A DNA stretch of 43,818 bases from a virus (taxonomy: Duplodnaviria; Caudoviricetes): the IMG/VR virus record IMGVR_UViG_3300031965_000062, positions 1 to 43,818 of that record. One strand, given 5' to 3'. Made by a program: the position numbers and the translations under genes. Below the pieces are notes generated by a model, which worked only from the letters and a program-made list of their open reading frames with translations, did not search any database and was not told the DNA's origin. Of this stretch, positions 42,618 to 43,818 are shown in pieces; the first letter of the stretch is position 1; every line of letters begins with the position of its first letter.

Positions 42618-43410
42618 GGGTCTTTCTCCTCGTCTTCTTCGCCGGAGGCTTCCACAGCCTCGGGCGCTTGGTTTTGAAGTTGTAATCCTCCGCACGGAGA
42701 ATTCGGGCACACCTTGCTTGAACGATTGCGTCCTTTGCGGTCAAGCCCTTTCGCGCGTACTCGTCGATGATCGCCTCCCACGCGCCTACGTTGTCGAAGC
42801 CTACGTCAGTTACGAACGTCTCCAGCACGCGGGGCGCCTTCACCTTCCCGATGCCCGGCACCCCCGGATAGCCGTCAGTCGAATCGCCCGTCAAGATCTG
42901 ACAGTAGAAAGCGAAGTCGGCCTCCACTTCGGTGATGGTCTGAACTCCCAACTCGGGAGCCCACCAGTTGTAGAGAGAGCACGGAAACGTCCGCATGTCC
43001 TTGTCGATCGAGCAGACAACGCGGGGGCCCTCAAGACCTTTGATTTTTGCGGTCGCCACGATCCCGAGAACGTCGTCAGCTTCGAGGTAGGGACGCTGCA
43101 TGGTCGGGTACTTCTCGCGGACGTATTCCTTGCACGGGTCGAGCAGCAGCGGCTTCACCTTGCCGATTCGGTTGCGCTTGTAGGCGGGGTAGACGTCCTT
43201 TCGGAAGTTGGCGGTGTCATCGGTGAAGACGAGCAGCGCCTTGGTCGCGCCCACCTCCCGCTTGATGTCGTGGATCAGGGCGTCGATCAGACGCTCAGCC
43301 GCCGCGGCGTCTGCCCACGAGACGACTTCGCCGTTGCCCCAGTCAACCTTTTCTTGAGCCCTCGTCACGGCTTGATAGACTACAATGTCTCCGTCGATCA
43401 GTGCTCGCAT
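42583..43410 (-). CDS. 5'-3' exonuclease (T7 gp6-like)
   Basis: LIDGD, NFRKDVYPAYKRNR, LEADDVLG, SIDKD, QILTGDSTDGYPGVPGIG, QARCARILR. Confidence 0.96.
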   Translation of the reverse strand: MRALIDGDIVVYQAVTRAQEKVDWGNGEVVSWADAAAAERLIDALIHDIKREVGATKALLVFTDDTANFRKDVYPAYKRNRIGKVKPLLLDPCKEYVREKYPTMQRPYLEADDVLGIVATAKIKGLEGPRVVCSIDKDMRTFPCSLYNWWAPELGVQTITEVEADFAFYCQILTGDSTDGYPGVPGIGKVKAPRVLETFVTDVGFDNVGAWEAIIDEYARKGLTAKDAIVQARCARILRAEDYNFKTKRPRLWKPPAKKTRRKTRVTSRNRPGQD

Positions 43411-43554
43411 TTAGAAGTCCTTCTTAGGCCAGCATGACATTGTTACGAGCGCCGCCCCTACAGCGAACAGAGCGCCTGCCAACCCGAGCGCCAGAGCAGC
43501 GCCAAAGCAAGACAGAGTTGCGCCTAATGTCCAAAGTATCAACCTGTCAGTCAC
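43411..43554 (-). CDS. 47-aa membrane protein (not in the ORF track)
   Basis: RBS AGGAG; MTDRLILWTLGATLSCFGAALALGLAGALFAVGAALVTMSCWPKKDF*. Confidence 0.55.
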   Translation of the reverse strand: MTDRLILWTLGATLSCFGAALALGLAGALFAVGAALVTMSCWPKKDF

Positions 43555-43570
43555 CGTCACGTCTCCTAAT

Positions 43571-43818
43571 TAGTGTGTCTCTGCCCACGTCGTACCGACC
43601 TTGTAGTTGCCCCGTAGAGGAAGCCTCATCCCGAGACTCTCTCCCGCGTCGGCGATTGCTTTCGTGAGGGTCTTCCCGACCATCTCGGCGAGTGCCGAGT
43701 GGCACGCCCATTGAAACTCGTCATGGACCCACAGCACAGGAAACGCCGAGCCGATCTCAATCAAAACGGCCGACTCGCGCCACGCTTGATCGTAGGCCCT
43801 CTTCATTATGATGGCTTC
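43571..43818. repeat. Terminal direct repeat, copy 2 (duplicate of the DNA polymerase 3' end)
   Basis: Equals 1-248 with one mismatch. Confidence 0.95.

Overview
This window is an apparently complete, circularly permuted, GC-rich T7-like podophage genome (Autographiviridae-type) of about 43,570 bp. Bases 43571-43818 repeat bases 1-248 with one mismatch, which looks like an assembly overlap. Essentially all credible genes lie on the minus strand. Order from the predicted left end (~19050): host-type promoter, small early genes, DUF5664-like dNTP diphosphohydrolase with an Arg-rich tail, tyrosine integrase, AT-rich repeat region, single-subunit RNA polymerase, SSB, endonuclease I, HNH, primase-helicase, HD hydrolase, DNA polymerase A (missed by the ORF track because its stop falls on the window edge), exonuclease, SPFH protein, portal, scaffold, major capsid, tail tubes, internal virion proteins, short tail-fibre adaptor, lysis and terminase genes, and two paralogous signal-peptide proteins. 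Main highlights: (1) a 613-nt group I intron carrying an EndoVII-like homing endonuclease splits the major capsid gene; (2) the PolA has several substitutions at normally near-invariant nucleotide-pocket residues (steric-gate E->Q, O-helix Y->L, motif-6 N->G), and the genome encodes two dNTP-hydrolase-like proteins; (3) identical 21-bp elements flank the RNAP gene next to the integrase; (4) a phospholipase A2 sits in the lysis region; (5) exported Cys-rich paralogs occupy the tailspike position; (6) a Cle-like Arg-rich putative c-di-GMP-binding tail. All functional calls come from motif recognition by eye; no database searches were run, and reference sequences quoted for comparison are recalled from memory.
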